A stretch of DNA of 63,769 bases, counting the filler. It is 9 parts of 9 records of this genome, joined end to end, with 100 filler letters (N's around TTAATTAATTAA, not from the genome) between each part and the next. Parts side by side here need not be neighbours in the genome. Positions count along the whole stretch, not along the records: positions 44,220 to 48,020 come from SRR7504441_497; positions 48,121 to 52,004 come from SRR7504441_502; positions 52,105 to 56,149 come from SRR7504441_503; 6 more parts are not named here. One strand, written 5' to 3'. The position numbers and the translations under genes were made by a program. The notes beneath the pieces were generated by a model. It was not told the DNA's origin and made no database searches. It saw only the letters and a list, made by a program, of their open reading frames with translations. Positions 44,579 through 56,249 of the stretch are shown here, one piece after another. Every line of letters starts with the position of its first letter. The first letter of the stretch is position 1.

Positions 44579-46006
44579 TCAATGAACCTCGGCAACTTTG
44601 TGCGCCGCAGGGCTGATTGCCGGGTTCAAGTGTGCATCTAGCGCGGTGTCCTCCTCATCCGATTGGAGGTCCAAGCGGCGTCGGTTGTGCGACTCGCGAT
44701 AGAACATCAGAAGCACCGTGGAGCCAACGCACGCCCCGATCAGCAGCCAGGTGAGCAGCTTGTCGGACAGGTTGACTGAACTGAGCAGCAGGAACAGGCT
44801 GCTCGGTATGTTGAACCCGAGGCAGAGCAGACTGCCCACGCTGGTGGCGCTGCTGGCGCTCGAGCCCGGCCCGAAGGCTTCCTCGCACGCCAGCTCGTAG
44901 AACACACCCTGCAGGCCCGTGAGCCGATCCGAGCGGGCGGCCACCTCGGTGCCCAGCAGCAGCCCGCTCCCGACGGTGATCAGCGCCCAGACAACCGCCA
45001 CCGCTGCAGCCCGGTCAGTCCGGCCGGGCGAGCGCTGACCGTCCACATCGAGTAGCCCAGTCACAATGAGCCCAAACAGCCCAAAGCAGCAGCTCGCGCC
45101 CGAGTACATCCCGAGCAGCAGCCATCGCACCCGGTGCGGGCTCGCCTGCCAGCTGCAGTCGGCCAGTCCGCCGGCTGTGATCAGTCCGGCCACCGAGCCT
45201 ATCTGCGACCAGAATCCGATCCAGCTCGCCTGGCTCTCAGAGTACCCGAGCGGCTTGAGCACCGGGTACACCACCCCGCTCCACCCGGTGAAGCTGCCCT
45301 GGGCCAGCCCCATGCTCGCGGCCAGCAGCAGCATCTTGGGCCTCCTGACCAGCCGGCACAGCTCCGCGCCGCCAGAGCCCTCCAGCATGGCCGACGACCC
45401 GCTCGCCGGGTTGCACGGCTCGTCCTGCCTGAACGCGGCGTGCCCGATCGCGCAGAGCAGCAGCCCGGCGGCGGCCGAGCCTGCCTGGGCCCGGAGCAGC
45501 AGCTTTAGCCCGGTCGGGTCGCTGACGGGCAGGGCGGCCAGGAAGCCGGCTCCAGTCCCGAGCACGTTGCTGGCCAGCCCGGCCGCGGTGGCCATATGCC
45601 GCTGGCCGGCCGGGAACCAGAGCTGGGATAGCTGGGCTGGAGTCGCGAGCAGCACCGGACCGGCCAGCCCGTTCAGCCCCGACGAGAAATGGGCAAGCAC
45701 CAGCGCCCAGGGCGCCGCTGTGGTGATCAAACGGAGTCCGCCGGCCGCGGCCACCGCCAGGCAGGAGCAGCTGACCGCCCGGCGGAGCCCTACGCTGGCC
45801 ACGAAGCTCGGGACGGCAGGGAGCAGCAGCAGCGAGAGCAGCGGGCCCCAGAGCGCCAGGAGTGGGAACTGCGCATCCGGCCAGCCGTACAGCTCCTGCA
45901 CCGGGTCCTGCACCGGCGAATAGGCCGCCCAGAGCAGCCCGGTGTTGAAGCTCCCGCAGCACAGCACCCCAAGCTCCCAGAACCGCCGCGGCTCCACGCT
46001 CCGCAT
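44579..46006 (-). CDS. MFS transporter, FLVCR/DIRC2 (SLC49)-like
   Basis: 12-TM pattern; LW..YSPV, P.QLSQLWFP..QR.MATA, FYELACE; probable 36-nt in-frame intron near 44910-44945. Confidence 0.8.
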   Translation of the reverse strand: MRSVEPRRFWELGVLCCGSFNTGLLWAAYSPVQDPVQELYGWPDAQFPLLALWGPLLSLLLLPAVPSFVASVGLRRAVSCSCLAVAAAGGLRLITTAAPWALVLAHFSSGLNGLAGPVLLATPAQLSQLWFPAGQRHMATAAGLASNVLGTGAGFLAALPVSDPTGLKLLLRAQAGSAAAGLLLCAIGHAAFRQDEPCNPASGSSAMLEGSGGAELCRLVRRPKMLLLAASMGLAQGSFTGWSGVVYPVLKPLGYSESQASWIGFWSQIGSVAGLITAGGLADCSWQASPHRVRWLLLGMYSGASCCFGLFGLIVTGLLDVDGQRSPGRTDRAAAVAVVWALITVGSGLLLGTEVAARSDRLTGLQGVFYELACEEAFGPGSSASSATSVGSLLCLGFNIPSSLFLLLSSVNLSDKLLTWLLIGACVGSTVLLMFYRESHNRRRLDLQSDEEDTALDAHLNPAISPAAHKVAEVH

Positions 46007-46040
46007 TGTCTGGATCGGCGTGCTGGCTGTTGGCGGCGCG

Positions 46041-47303
46041 ATGAGACAGAGAGGGCTGTGCAGCCGGGCGGCGGCGGTGGACTACGCCGGCCTGATCAGC
46101 GGGGTGTCGGGCCGGCGGAAGCCTTCGGCGATCCGTGCGCTGCAGCCGCTGCTGGGCCAGCCGGGTATGATCTCGCTCGGTGGCGGGATGCCCAACCCGG
46201 CCACCTTCCCGTTCAAGAGCCTGGCGGTCGAGCTGGCGCACAGCCCGCAGACGGTGCGGCTGGAGGGCCAGCAGCTGCTCGACGCGCTCCAGTACTCGCC
46301 CAGCTGCGGACTGCCGGCGCTGGTCGGCCAGCTCGAGCAGATCAACCGGGCCGAGCACCCGACCGCCCCGGACACCAAGCTTTGCGTGGGCGGCGGGTCG
46401 CAGGAGGTGCTCACCAAGGCGTTCGAGGCGGTGCTCGGGCCAGCGGACGGGCTGTTGGTCGAGCAGCCCACCTATTCCGGCTCGCTGGCCTTTTTGGAAC
46501 CGCTCGGGTGCCGGCTGACTGGAGTGGCCACCGACGGCGAGGGCATGATCCCCGACCAGCTCGAGCGGGCCGCCCAGCAGAACCCGGGCGCGAAGGCGGT
46601 GTACCTGATCCCGAACGGCGGCAATCCGTCCGGGGGCAGCCTGAGCCTGGACCGGAAGCGGCGGATCTACCAGATAGCACGAGAGCACGGTCTGCTTATC
46701 CTGGAGGACGATCCGTACTACTTCCTGCAGCTCGAGCCGGGCCCGCGGGCTTTGTCGATGCTCGGGATGGACGTTGACCGGCGGGTGCTAAGGTTTGACT
46801 CGTTCTCCAAGCTGCTCTCGTCTGGGATCAGGATTGGTTGGGTGACTGGGCCAGCGGAGCTGGTCGGGCAGATAGAGCTTCACATGCAGGCCACCACGCT
46901 GCACACCTCCGGGGTCTCCCAGGGCCTGGTCAGCGCCCTGCTCGAGCACTGGGGCCGGGACGGGCTCGAGGAGCACGTGCAGCGGGTGTGCAAGCTGTAT
47001 CGGGAGCGACGAGACCACTTCCTGAACTGCGCCGACAAACACTTGACTGGGCTCGCGCGTTGGAACTCTCCAAAGGCCGGGATGTTCGTTTGGATCGAGT
47101 GCCTCGGGCTGCAGGACGCCACGCGGCTGGTGCTCGAGCGCGGGCGCGACAAGAAAGTGCTGATGGTCCCCGGCTCAGCATTCCTTGCAGGCAACCCGCC
47201 ATCGCCGTTCGTGAGGGCCACCTACGCAACCGCCTCGGATGAGCAAGTGGACGAGGCACTCAGGCGGTTTAGAGAGGTGCTCCTCGAGGCACAAGCTACC
47301 TGA
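46041..47303 (+). CDS. AADAT: Kynurenine/alpha-aminoadipate aminotransferase (PLP class I)
   Basis: RKPSAIR, ISLGGGMPNP.TFPF, ALQYSPS.G, IPNGGNPSG, ILEDDPYYFL, RFDSFSKLLSSGIRIG (PLP lysine), AGMFVW. Confidence 0.92.
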   Translation: MRQRGLCSRAAAVDYAGLISGVSGRRKPSAIRALQPLLGQPGMISLGGGMPNPATFPFKSLAVELAHSPQTVRLEGQQLLDALQYSPSCGLPALVGQLEQINRAEHPTAPDTKLCVGGGSQEVLTKAFEAVLGPADGLLVEQPTYSGSLAFLEPLGCRLTGVATDGEGMIPDQLERAAQQNPGAKAVYLIPNGGNPSGGSLSLDRKRRIYQIAREHGLLILEDDPYYFLQLEPGPRALSMLGMDVDRRVLRFDSFSKLLSSGIRIGWVTGPAELVGQIELHMQATTLHTSGVSQGLVSALLEHWGRDGLEEHVQRVCKLYRERRDHFLNCADKHLTGLARWNSPKAGMFVWIECLGLQDATRLVLERGRDKKVLMVPGSAFLAGNPPSPFVRATYATASDEQVDEALRRFREVLLEAQAT

Positions 47304-47476
47304 GACCACCAGGCAACATAAAAGATATAGACAAGTACATGCGATGTTGCAGGCACCGTGTCAATGTTGCAAATGTGTTGCAACAATGTTGATACATTAG
47401 ATCTAAACAACCGAATACCAATAGTCTTCAGCACGTGTGTGTACTTTACTAGCCTTTTATTTCAGTCATGTTTTGA

Positions 47477-48020
47477 TCACTGTGATCGTCCCAGCCAGCG
47501 CTGTACGCACTTTGTCACCACCATTTGCTGCATGACCACCCACACCCGGCCAACCGCCTTGATCCCGAGGAGCTGCACCCTACTCTGAGCCTCCTTCTCA
47601 CCTTGTTCATGTAGCATCATCATCTTTTTCTTGTTCTCTTTCTTCATCTTATTGTGCGCTTCACTTAGCTCTGCATAATCCTGTTCGGCCCGACTCGCTG
47701 ACTTCTCCAGCGACTTTCTACGCTTTTTGTCCTTGGAGAGTGCACGAAGTTTGGTTACCTGTTCACACCATAGCAGCTCGTCAGTGCACACGAATGCTAC
47801 CACTAGTAGCTAACTACGTAGCAGTTAGGTTTCCTGCTTTGACCACTGGTGGCAGCTGCGCAGGGCTGCGATGGCGTCCCACTGTGCAATCATTGCCCCG
47901 AGCCGCCAGAGCACCACGGCCTGGCCACACGATCGCACCCAGACCGGCTGCTCGGCTCACTTGGCCCCGGACCAGCTGCCCAGACTGGATCTTGTGCAGC
48001 TGTGCCTTGTACTCCTTGGT
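47477..48020 (-). CDS. 3' part of a coiled-coil protein (partial, multi-exon)
   Basis: K/E-rich ORF (QVTKLRALSKDKKRRKSLEK..) ending at 47477; runs off the contig. Confidence 0.45.
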
Positions 48021-48120
48021 NNNNNNNNNNNNNNNNNNNNNNNNNNNNNNNNNNNNNNNNNNNNTTAATTAATTAANNNNNNNNNNNNNNNNNNNNNNNN
48101 NNNNNNNNNNNNNNNNNNNN
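48021..48120. other. Artificial contig linker
   Basis: N44-TTAATTAATTAA-N44. Confidence 0.99.
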
Positions 48121-49441
48121 CTCGTCCGGATCGATCGCCTGATTGCCATCCAGGTCGTAATCGCCAAAGCCCTCTGTTGAGCCGTATCGAGCCACCCATT
48201 CGTCTAAGCTGATCTTGCCGTCCTTGTTCGTGTCCAACTCCCGAAACTCCCTATCAAACTGCCGGCCTCTCCGGAACTCGTCGGGATCGATTGTGCCAGA
48301 ATGATCAGCGTCGTAGCTATCAAACCCAGCTGCTGAGCCGTAGCGGGATGTCCATTCAGTCCGACTGATCTTGCCATCGTGGTCCGTGTCGGTCTTCCGG
48401 AACTCGTTGTCAGCCCTCCTGCCACGCCGCCACTGCACACCGGATCAGCCCCACAAGCTTCAACGGCCACACACCTCGTCGGCGTCGATCACACCGTTGC
48501 CGTCAGCATCATACGCTTCAAACAGCTTGTCATCGCCAAACCGCCGAATCCATTCCGGCCGGGTCACCTTACCGTTCTTATTCCCATCCGCGCTGCCCTC
48601 ACAGCTCGGGCCCGGCCGGCTCGAACGGCACCGTTTAAACTCATAGGAGGCCATCCGGGCCAGCCGGAACTCGTCTGGGTTGAGCTCACCGTTACCGTCC
48701 AAATCGTAATCGTCAAACTCGGCGTCGGTGCCATACATGGCCACCCACTCGTCCCGGGTGACCTTCCCGTCGTGATTCGCGTCGGCTTTCCTGAACTCCA
48801 TCTCGGCCACTTTCGCTGCTCTGAACTCAAAGGAGTCGATCTCGCCGTTGCCGTCCAGGTCATAGTCCTCAAACAGCACATCATTGCCGAACTGGGCCAC
48901 CCACTCGGCCCGCGTGATCTTGCCGTCCTGGTCGGCATCCGCCTGCCTGAACTGGTGGTCCGCCTCCCGGCCGGCAATCCACTCGTCACGGGACACCACC
49001 GTGTCCTGGTTTAAATCATAATCATCAAACCCGTCCGCCGAGCCGTACCGCTCCACCCACTCCTCCTGTCCAGCCCGGTCCAGCATTGGCCCGGCCGGGC
49101 GCGGGCACCCGGGTGATCTTGCGGTCCCCGTCCTGGTCCATCTTGCCGAAGATCTCGTCGGCCTGCTTGCCGCGAATATACTCTTCCTTGGATACCTCCT
49201 GGTCCGTGTTCACGTCGAACGAGTCAAACTCCTCCGGCTTCTCGCCGGCTGCCGTCCATTCCTCCCGGGTGGCCCCTCCGCTCCCGTCGGCGTCCAGCTT
49301 GTCGAACGCGGTCTCCCAAGAGTCAAACATCTCAAGCCACTGCTCGCGGGTCCACTGCCGCTGCTGGAGCATCGCCTTCACCGCCGCGTAGTCCGACGGC
49401 ATCCCGCCCGCAGCAGTGGCTCCAGCCCCCGGCTGATCCAT
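48121..49441 (-). CDS. Multi-EF-hand calcium-binding repeat protein (at least 14 loops, 3'-partial)
   Basis: Repeated DxD/NxD/NGxI/V..E loops (DADQDGKITRAE, DLDGNGEIDSFE etc.) at 26-aa spacing; three short introns join the ORFs. Confidence 0.9.
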
Positions 49442-49576
49442 GCCGCTCACCAGCTGACGGCTGCTCAAGCCGTGGTGCAGTGTGCAACAGCTCGCTGAAT
49501 CTAACGGACACTGGAAAATCGGCCTCATCAAATTTGTCAATCAGCGCCAGCCTGCACACCGAATCGCCGAGGGAGC

Positions 49577-51779
49577 ATGGCCTCTTACGGCCGGTACGAG
49601 AACTTCTCACGGGCCTCGTCCAAGTCGCTGGCCGCCAAGTAGCTCAGCCACCGGGCCTGCTGACTGGCGCGCGCAGGCTGAGCGTGGTGGCCGCCGAATT
49701 CGAGCGGGACAAGGAGCGGGAGCTGACCTCACTCAAGACCGAGCTCACCCGGCTCGAGGCCGACAACGAGTTCGTACGGCTCAAGTGCAAGCAAGAGAAC
49801 CGCAAGTACGGTGGGTGCTGCCCGGCGGGCTGGGGCTGATCGGGCTGGGGCAGAGTCTCTTCTCGAAGAGGTGACGGCCGAGGCGCTTGGGATCAAGCAG
49901 GAGCTGGTGGATGCTAAGGGTGACCTGACCGTGGCCCGGTCCACGATCATGCACCTGTCGCGCGAGCTGGTGGCCATGAGGTTCTCGCTCGCCTCGTCAC
50001 AGATCGATTGCCAGAAGCTCCGCAAAGCCAAACCGCGTCGGGCCAGGCCACTGGCCTCACGTAGCCCAAATAAGCCCCACGAGCCGGCAGAGGAGCCGGA
50101 GATGGAGCATGAGCCGGCTGTTGACGATGCGCCCGATGTGCGAGGCCTAGAGCCCGATGTGCGCGTTACCGAGGCCGCCGGCACCGGGGAGGCGGCTTCC
50201 GATGAATCAGCCGAGGAAGATGCGTCGGAGGCAGGCGGCGAGGAGCCCGATGCGCCTGAGCAGGAGGATGGAGAATGCACCGAGGCGGAGGAGGAGAGCG
50301 TGGGCGAGTCGGATAGCGTGCCGGAGTCTGTATCTGACGCTACGGAGGAGACCAAGAGCAGCAGCCACGGCTCCTGGCAAGACGTGGACCCTGCCGAGGC
50401 CGAGCTTCCCGAGGAGGCTGGGCAGGTCAGCGCGGAGGAGCTGCTCGAGCAGGAAGCTGCCGATATGCTGGAGGAAGAATATTCGGTTTGTGTGAACGGT
50501 GTCGACCTCTACAGCCAGCAGGGGCTGCTAGACGCCTCGGCCCGCGGTGACGCTGCCCTAGTGCAGCAGATCTTTGCGCCAGCCTGTGACTTCGCCGACT
50601 CGTTGCCCGATATCCTCGGGGCGGCACTCTCGATAGCCTCAATTGGGGGTCACGAGGCCGTAGTGGATACTTTAATCGTGCACGGAGCCGACGCAGGCTG
50701 GCTAGACGCGGACGGGAATAGCTGCCTGCACACGGCGGCGGCGTCCCCTAACGAGGCGGCCACTGCGATCGCGCAGCTGCTGCTTACTCAGAACGCTGGG
50801 CTGAATGAGCCCAACGTTGACGGCCAGCTGCCCGTGCATGTGGCAGCCGCTTGTGGCAACACCGAGGTGCTCAAACTGCTCATGCTCCACGGGGCTAACA
50901 TATGCGCTCTAGACGGCGAGAGCAATACTCCGCTGCAGCTGGCCGAGCAGGCTGAGCAACAGGAAGCCATAGCCACGCTGATGGACCCGTCCGCCTTGTT
51001 TTGGAACAGGGCGACGTATGCGAATCTCTGCTATAAACACAGCCAGATGGAGGAGGCGGTCGGAGCCTACCTTGAGGCGCTGGACAAGTCGGACGAGTGC
51101 CAGCCTCCGCCTACAGCAGCCAACCTGGCCACGATCAATCTGAACTGTGCACGGGCGTATGCCAAGCTGTCTCAACTAGTTAACAGCCACGCCAAGTGCC
51201 AGGCGGCGCTAGAGTTACATCCAAACTATGTGAGCGGGCTCATTCAGCGGGCGACGGTCTGCCCCTGCTGGCCGTGGATGCTGAGCGTGCGATCACAGGT
51301 TGCAATCGATCTGGCCAGCTATGCCGAGGCAGTGGCGGATTTCGAGCTCGCTATCAAGCTCGGGGGGGAATTAGCTGGTGTCTGGCCGGGCACGCATGTG
51401 GCTGATGGTGCGAACAGGGGAATTTGTGAAGCGGTACGATGATGCCAAGAAGATGCACGAAGCGTCGCACTTTTACTGGCTAGGGCTGCCAGAGCATACG
51501 ATCGATGCTGACGAGATCAAGAAAGCGTACAAGAAGAAGTGCATGAAGTGGCATCCGGACAAGAACCAGGAGACGCCCGAGAGCAGAGTGCGGGCCGCCA
51601 ATATGTTCCAGATGATTGGGCAAGCTTATGAGATCATCTCGGACCCGGTCAAGCGGGTCCTGTACAGGAATGCTCAGCACGAGACGGAATCTCTAAAGTT
51701 TGCACGCGCTTGGGGCTCACAAGCGCAGCAGGGGTATCGCTACGACCAGGACCACTACGACGAGAGCTATGGCTTTTGA
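49577..51779 (+). CDS. Coiled-coil + acidic linker + ankyrin repeats + TPR + C-terminal DnaJ domain protein
   Basis: DGNSCLHTAA, DGQLPVHVAA, ESNTPLQLA (ankyrin); ATINLNCARAYAKL, ALELHPNY (TPR); EIKKAYKKKCMKWHPDKN..FQMIGQAYEIISDP (J domain with HPD). Confidence 0.9.
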
Positions 51780-52004
51780 GCGTATAAGCTGCCGCCGTAA
51801 TGCGGGTACTGGTAGCCGTCTGGTAGGCGTCCAGTGGCTTCAATGACGACCGTGGAGAATAAATTGATCAGCTGCGTCAACTGGTGATTTTGTTATGATT
51901 TTGTGATAACGACATTTTGAGTGATTGCTGAGCTCTTGCTTCGAGCGAACCGAAGTTAAATTACAGTTTGCCCTAAGTTTGCCCCGCGTCGCGTGCGTCT
52001 GATG

Positions 52005-52104
52005 NNNNNNNNNNNNNNNNNNNNNNNNNNNNNNNNNNNNNNNNNNNNTTAATTAATTAANNNNNNNNNNNNNNNNNNNNNNNNNNNNNNNNNNNNNNNN
52101 NNNN
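52005..52104. other. Artificial contig linker
   Basis: N44-TTAATTAATTAA-N44. Confidence 0.99.
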
Positions 52105-52802
52105 ATCTGGGCCCGCTGCGCTTCCAGCTGCCGCCGCATCTTCCTCTCAGCCGCCTTGGACCGGCCCTTCCGCTCGGGCTTTTTGGGACCGCCCCCAAAC
52201 AGCCCTCCAAACAGGCTGCCGAACCCCTTGGCCATCTCGTGCTCAGTCCGCCTCAGCCCCTTGAACAGCCCCTTTTCGGCCGACGCGAACTTGGAGATTT
52301 TGCCCGACCCGAGCCGGCGCTGCTCCGAGAAACTAGTCATCCCCGCACCGGCCGACACCGCCGCCCCGGGGCCGGGCTGGACCATCCGCGCCCTGACGGT
52401 CAGCGTGCCGTTGACCACTGTCACGCGGGGCTTGGCCGATCGGTCGAGCCGCCGGGGGGCGCCCACAGTCTCCTGAGCCAGAGGGTTAGGCCCGGCCGTG
52501 GCGGGAGGGCCGACCTCCCTGATGTCCTTGTTGTGGTCAGCGTGGATCGAGACTCTGAGCATGTTGCCGTCCACGCTGGCCCGCACGTCCTTGGGCCGCA
52601 CTCCGGGCATCCGGCCCGAGAGCGTGACGTGTGAGGTGCCCACGTGCTCCACCAGTGCCCCCGAGGCCGGCCGTGAGAGCAGCGGCGGCGGGCTCCAGGC
52701 GGAGAGCGAGCGGAGCTCGTTCATCATCGATGTAGCCGTTGGGAATCCGGCGGCAGGCCTTGCCATAGCTAGCACCAGCGCCACCAGGAGAGGCCGCGCC
52801 AT
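52105..52802 (-). CDS. Signal-peptide-bearing small heat-shock (alpha-crystallin/HSP20-like) protein, 3'-partial
   Basis: MARPLLVALVLAMARPAAG signal; MPGVRPKDVRASVDGNMLRVS and VVNGTLTVRA strands of the alpha-crystallin domain. Confidence 0.65.
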
Positions 52803-53059
52803 CTCCACCAGACCTCAGAAGCTTCTCTTCCGGGAGGTCACCAAGGAAGCTCTGCGCGCTCTGCGGCTCTCAGGCTGCATGGGATGGGACAGAGTCAGAC
52901 AAACCTAATTAATCACCTTAGTAGTACAGAGCTCTAGAGAGCCCCGGGTTCGCACAATGAACTCTGCATTTTCGTGCACTTTATAGGTGTTTCACTAGTT
53001 GATTGAAAAATCAAACTTTTATACATCAGATAGTGCACTAGATCAGTATCCCATCACTT

Positions 53060-56000
53060 TTAGAACTCAATTGCGCCATCTTTAATCAGCCGGCCGTGCT
53101 CTGCCCGAGCCGCCTTGTACTTCACAAGGAAGTCGCTCAGCTTCTCAAACAGCTTGTCCATGCTCATGTTAGGCTCGCCAAAGTACGCCGTGGTCGCGTA
53201 CGTCCGTCGCTGCATCGTTTCAAAAAGCTGCTCGATCCGGGTCATCTCCTCTGCAGAAGTTGCACAGAATCCAGTCACATTAGAATAGAACACATCCCCT
53301 TCCACGGCGGTCTCCTGGCTCTCCGCCACCCGGCCAAGCTCGTCGTTCGCTAGCATGATCTGGCCAGACAAGTCGCGCATATCGAGCTCAATCACGTTCT
53401 CTGGCCGAATTGTGGTCTTGAATATTTTCTCGAGCGTGGTGTGGAAGTCATACAATTCTGGCATCTTGTGTTGGAGCACTGAGGCCAGGTAATGCAACAG
53501 CGTGATCCTCGAGTTATTGGACGCCTAGCAACACAACACTCACGCACACAGGCCAGCACAGCGTTGCACCTTCATCCCCAGAAAGTTGAGCAGCGCAGTG
53601 AACTGTGTTCCACATGCCTTCTGCCCGTTGAAAGTGTTCCCGAGCTCGAGCGCCACCTCGAGCACCCGCCGGAATCGCTGGTCGCACGAAACCTCCTCGC
53701 AAGCCTCAATGTACCGCGAAATTTGGGTCTTGAGCTGGTCGATCGCTGTGCTGAACGTGTGCTTCATCTTGAGCATGTGCAGCCTCTGCTCCATCCTCGG
53801 TATGTCCCCGATTGCCCTGAAGTACTCAACCGTCTCCACCACCCGCTCGCCTTGCTTCGGGTTGTACTGCCGGCATTGCTCGAGCTCCTCGTCGGATGGC
53901 ACAATCTCTAGCAGCGAGTTGATCCGCTCCAGAGTGAGGAACTCGGTGTCAGCAGTAAGAAGCGCGCTTCGGACATCGTCGAATCTGTCTCGGAACTGGG
54001 CGAGCAGGATCCCTCCCCTATGCGCCCGGCGCTGGTTGATTACAGAGGAGACCTTGGGGGTCGCCTTGGCGCTCTTGGCTTTCTCTTGGCCCTTTTGCTT
54101 CTGGAACAGCCCGAGCAGAGCCCCCGATATCGAATCGTCCAGCACCACAGCTTGCCCAGAGCCCCACACTGTGTTCTCTGTACTGTTGAGTTCTGGAAGC
54201 GCCCATCGGCCCTTACCAGGGATAACCGCACTGCCCTTGCCCTTGCCCTTGCCCCGGACTGGTGGGCCCTTGCCCTTGCCCTTGCCTTTCCCCGCGCCTT
54301 TGCTGGCTACAAGCGGCGGAGGGGCCACGTTCTTGGGCAGCGGTGGCTTAGCGCTCTTAGCCGGCTTGTTGCCCTCCGCCTTCCTCCTGGCCTCTTCATC
54401 GGCCTTGCGCTTGGCGGCCTCGGCGGCCGCTTTTTCCTTGGCTTTGGCCTCGCGTTTCTTTTTCTCGAGCGCAACCTTCCGTTTGCTCATAATTTCCTTT
54501 TGTTCCGACTCAGTCAGTTGCATCGAACTCATCGCCGAGTCGAGCCCAGTGATCTGCCGATTAAGCTCTGCAATTTCGTTGCTGTAGTGCTTAGCGTTCA
54601 TGAGCCCGTCACCGCTGTCACTCGCCCCTGGCGCACCACCGCCCGCACCACCTCCACCGATGCCGCCGCCAATCCTGCCGCCACCAGTGCCACCTCCGAC
54701 ACCGCCGCCGATGCCCTTGCCGCCGCCAACACCAGTGCTCCCGCCACCTCCCGAGCCCGCCGCCTCGCCTGGGCCTAACCCGAGCTCTGCTCCCTCGCCA
54801 GCTGCTCCACCACTCCCGAGCCTGGCCCCCCACTAAGCACAGCCCTGGACCGGGCCCGCTCACCCAACCGACGGGCCTGCGCGGTCAGCGAACGCCTTGG
54901 AGAGCTGGAGCTCCGTTAGTAACAGGCTGTGCGCTTGTTTGGCCTCCGCCCGGCTGCTGGCGCCCTGAGGAGCCCGAGGCTTGCCCATCCGCTTGGTGCA
55001 CCGCACTGCAAACCCTCTCCAGGCGGCCTGGATGAGCACTGCGCAGAGCGTGTCCAGCTTGAGCTTGCAGGTGTTGACCATTTCCTCGGCCGCCTTCTTG
55101 CCGAGAAACCCTAGCTCCTTGACCGCCACCTGTCGACACGTTCGCGCGAGCCGCCACACGCCGGCGCACCCTGGTGCGGCATGAGGCCAGGTACTTCAAG
55201 CGCTCCTTGGCCACCCGGCCCTCGCACGACTTGGCTGCCTCGCGCGCTGTTCGCGGAGTGTTGAGCTGCAGCCAGGCTGTCTCTGGGAACGGCCGGCTGC
55301 GCGGCAGTTGCAGCGGCTGGTCTCCGGCCTTCAGCCTGTCGCACGCGCATCAGCTGGTGACAGGGTGGGGCACGCACCGACGGGCCCGGGACTGGGCTTT
55401 GAATCTGTGCCAGGTGGATTGGATGAGTGCCGCCGCCATTTGCTCCAACTTCTGCTTGCACGCACTCACCATGTCTGACGCCGCCCGGCACTCGAGCCTC
55501 CCATTCACCGCGCCCTGGGCCCGCATCAGCGCGATGTACTTGAGCCGTTGCCGGACAATCCGGCCCTGCCGCCGGGCCGTATTCTGCTGGAGTCGGGACC
55601 TCGGTGTGTCCTGCCGCCACAGTCGGTGACCGGAGACGGCGCGGGCACCTTGCTCCGGGCGGTGACCATTGTGTTCAGCTTGTCGGAGATGGTGCTGGCA
55701 CGTGCAGACTCGGTCGGCAGCGAGAGCCGCGGCACCATCGGCGGTTTGCTGGCCGGCTTGCGGCCGTCGCGCTGGTCGTCGACTGGTTTGGGCTTGGGCG
55801 CCGGGGCGGGCGGCTGCTTCAGGTTCTGCAGGATAGCCGAGGCGCGGTCGGTGGCAGCCTTGCTCTGCTGAAACAGCTTGCGGCCGGCCGCCTTGAAGCT
55901 GCCCCCAGTGGCCTCCTCTGGCGGAGCTCCCGCTTTTAGCCCGAAGCTCATGCCTGCGGCTCGGCTGAGGCAGGGCAAGGAGGGGGGCACCGAAGCTCTG

Positions 56001-56149
56001 GCGGATCGAGGCTGGGCTCTTGGCGAGCAGCGAGAGGATCCGCTTCCGCGACGGAATCGGCGAGTCCTTGGTCGGGCTCACCATCGTACCGCTCAGCCCA
56101 CGAGCAGCGAGTTCGTCTGTCCGAATCGGACGCAAAAATGTTGAGCCGT
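53060..56149 (-). CDS. Formin (FH2) with upstream IQ motifs, Gly-rich tract and KG-rich linker; 5'-partial
   Basis: ENTVW, SVINQRRAHRGGILL, IPRMEQRL, LEVALELGNTFNG, TLLHYLA, YFGE (FH2); LIQSTWHRF and LIQAAWRGF (IQ-like). Confidence 0.85.
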
Positions 56150-56249
56150 NNNNNNNNNNNNNNNNNNNNNNNNNNNNNNNNNNNNNNNNNNNNTTAATTA
56201 ATTAANNNNNNNNNNNNNNNNNNNNNNNNNNNNNNNNNNNNNNNNNNNN
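56150..56249. other. Artificial contig linker
   Basis: N44-TTAATTAATTAA-N44. Confidence 0.99.

Noticed and set aside
45237-46688. Long overlapping ORFs (483 aa minus, 362 aa plus) across MFS/AADAT
   Set aside because: Alternative-frame shadows expected at high GC; R/A/G/P-rich with no motifs
54600-54836. Plus-strand polyproline ORF as a separate gene
   Set aside because: Antisense shadow of the Gly-rich exon of the formin
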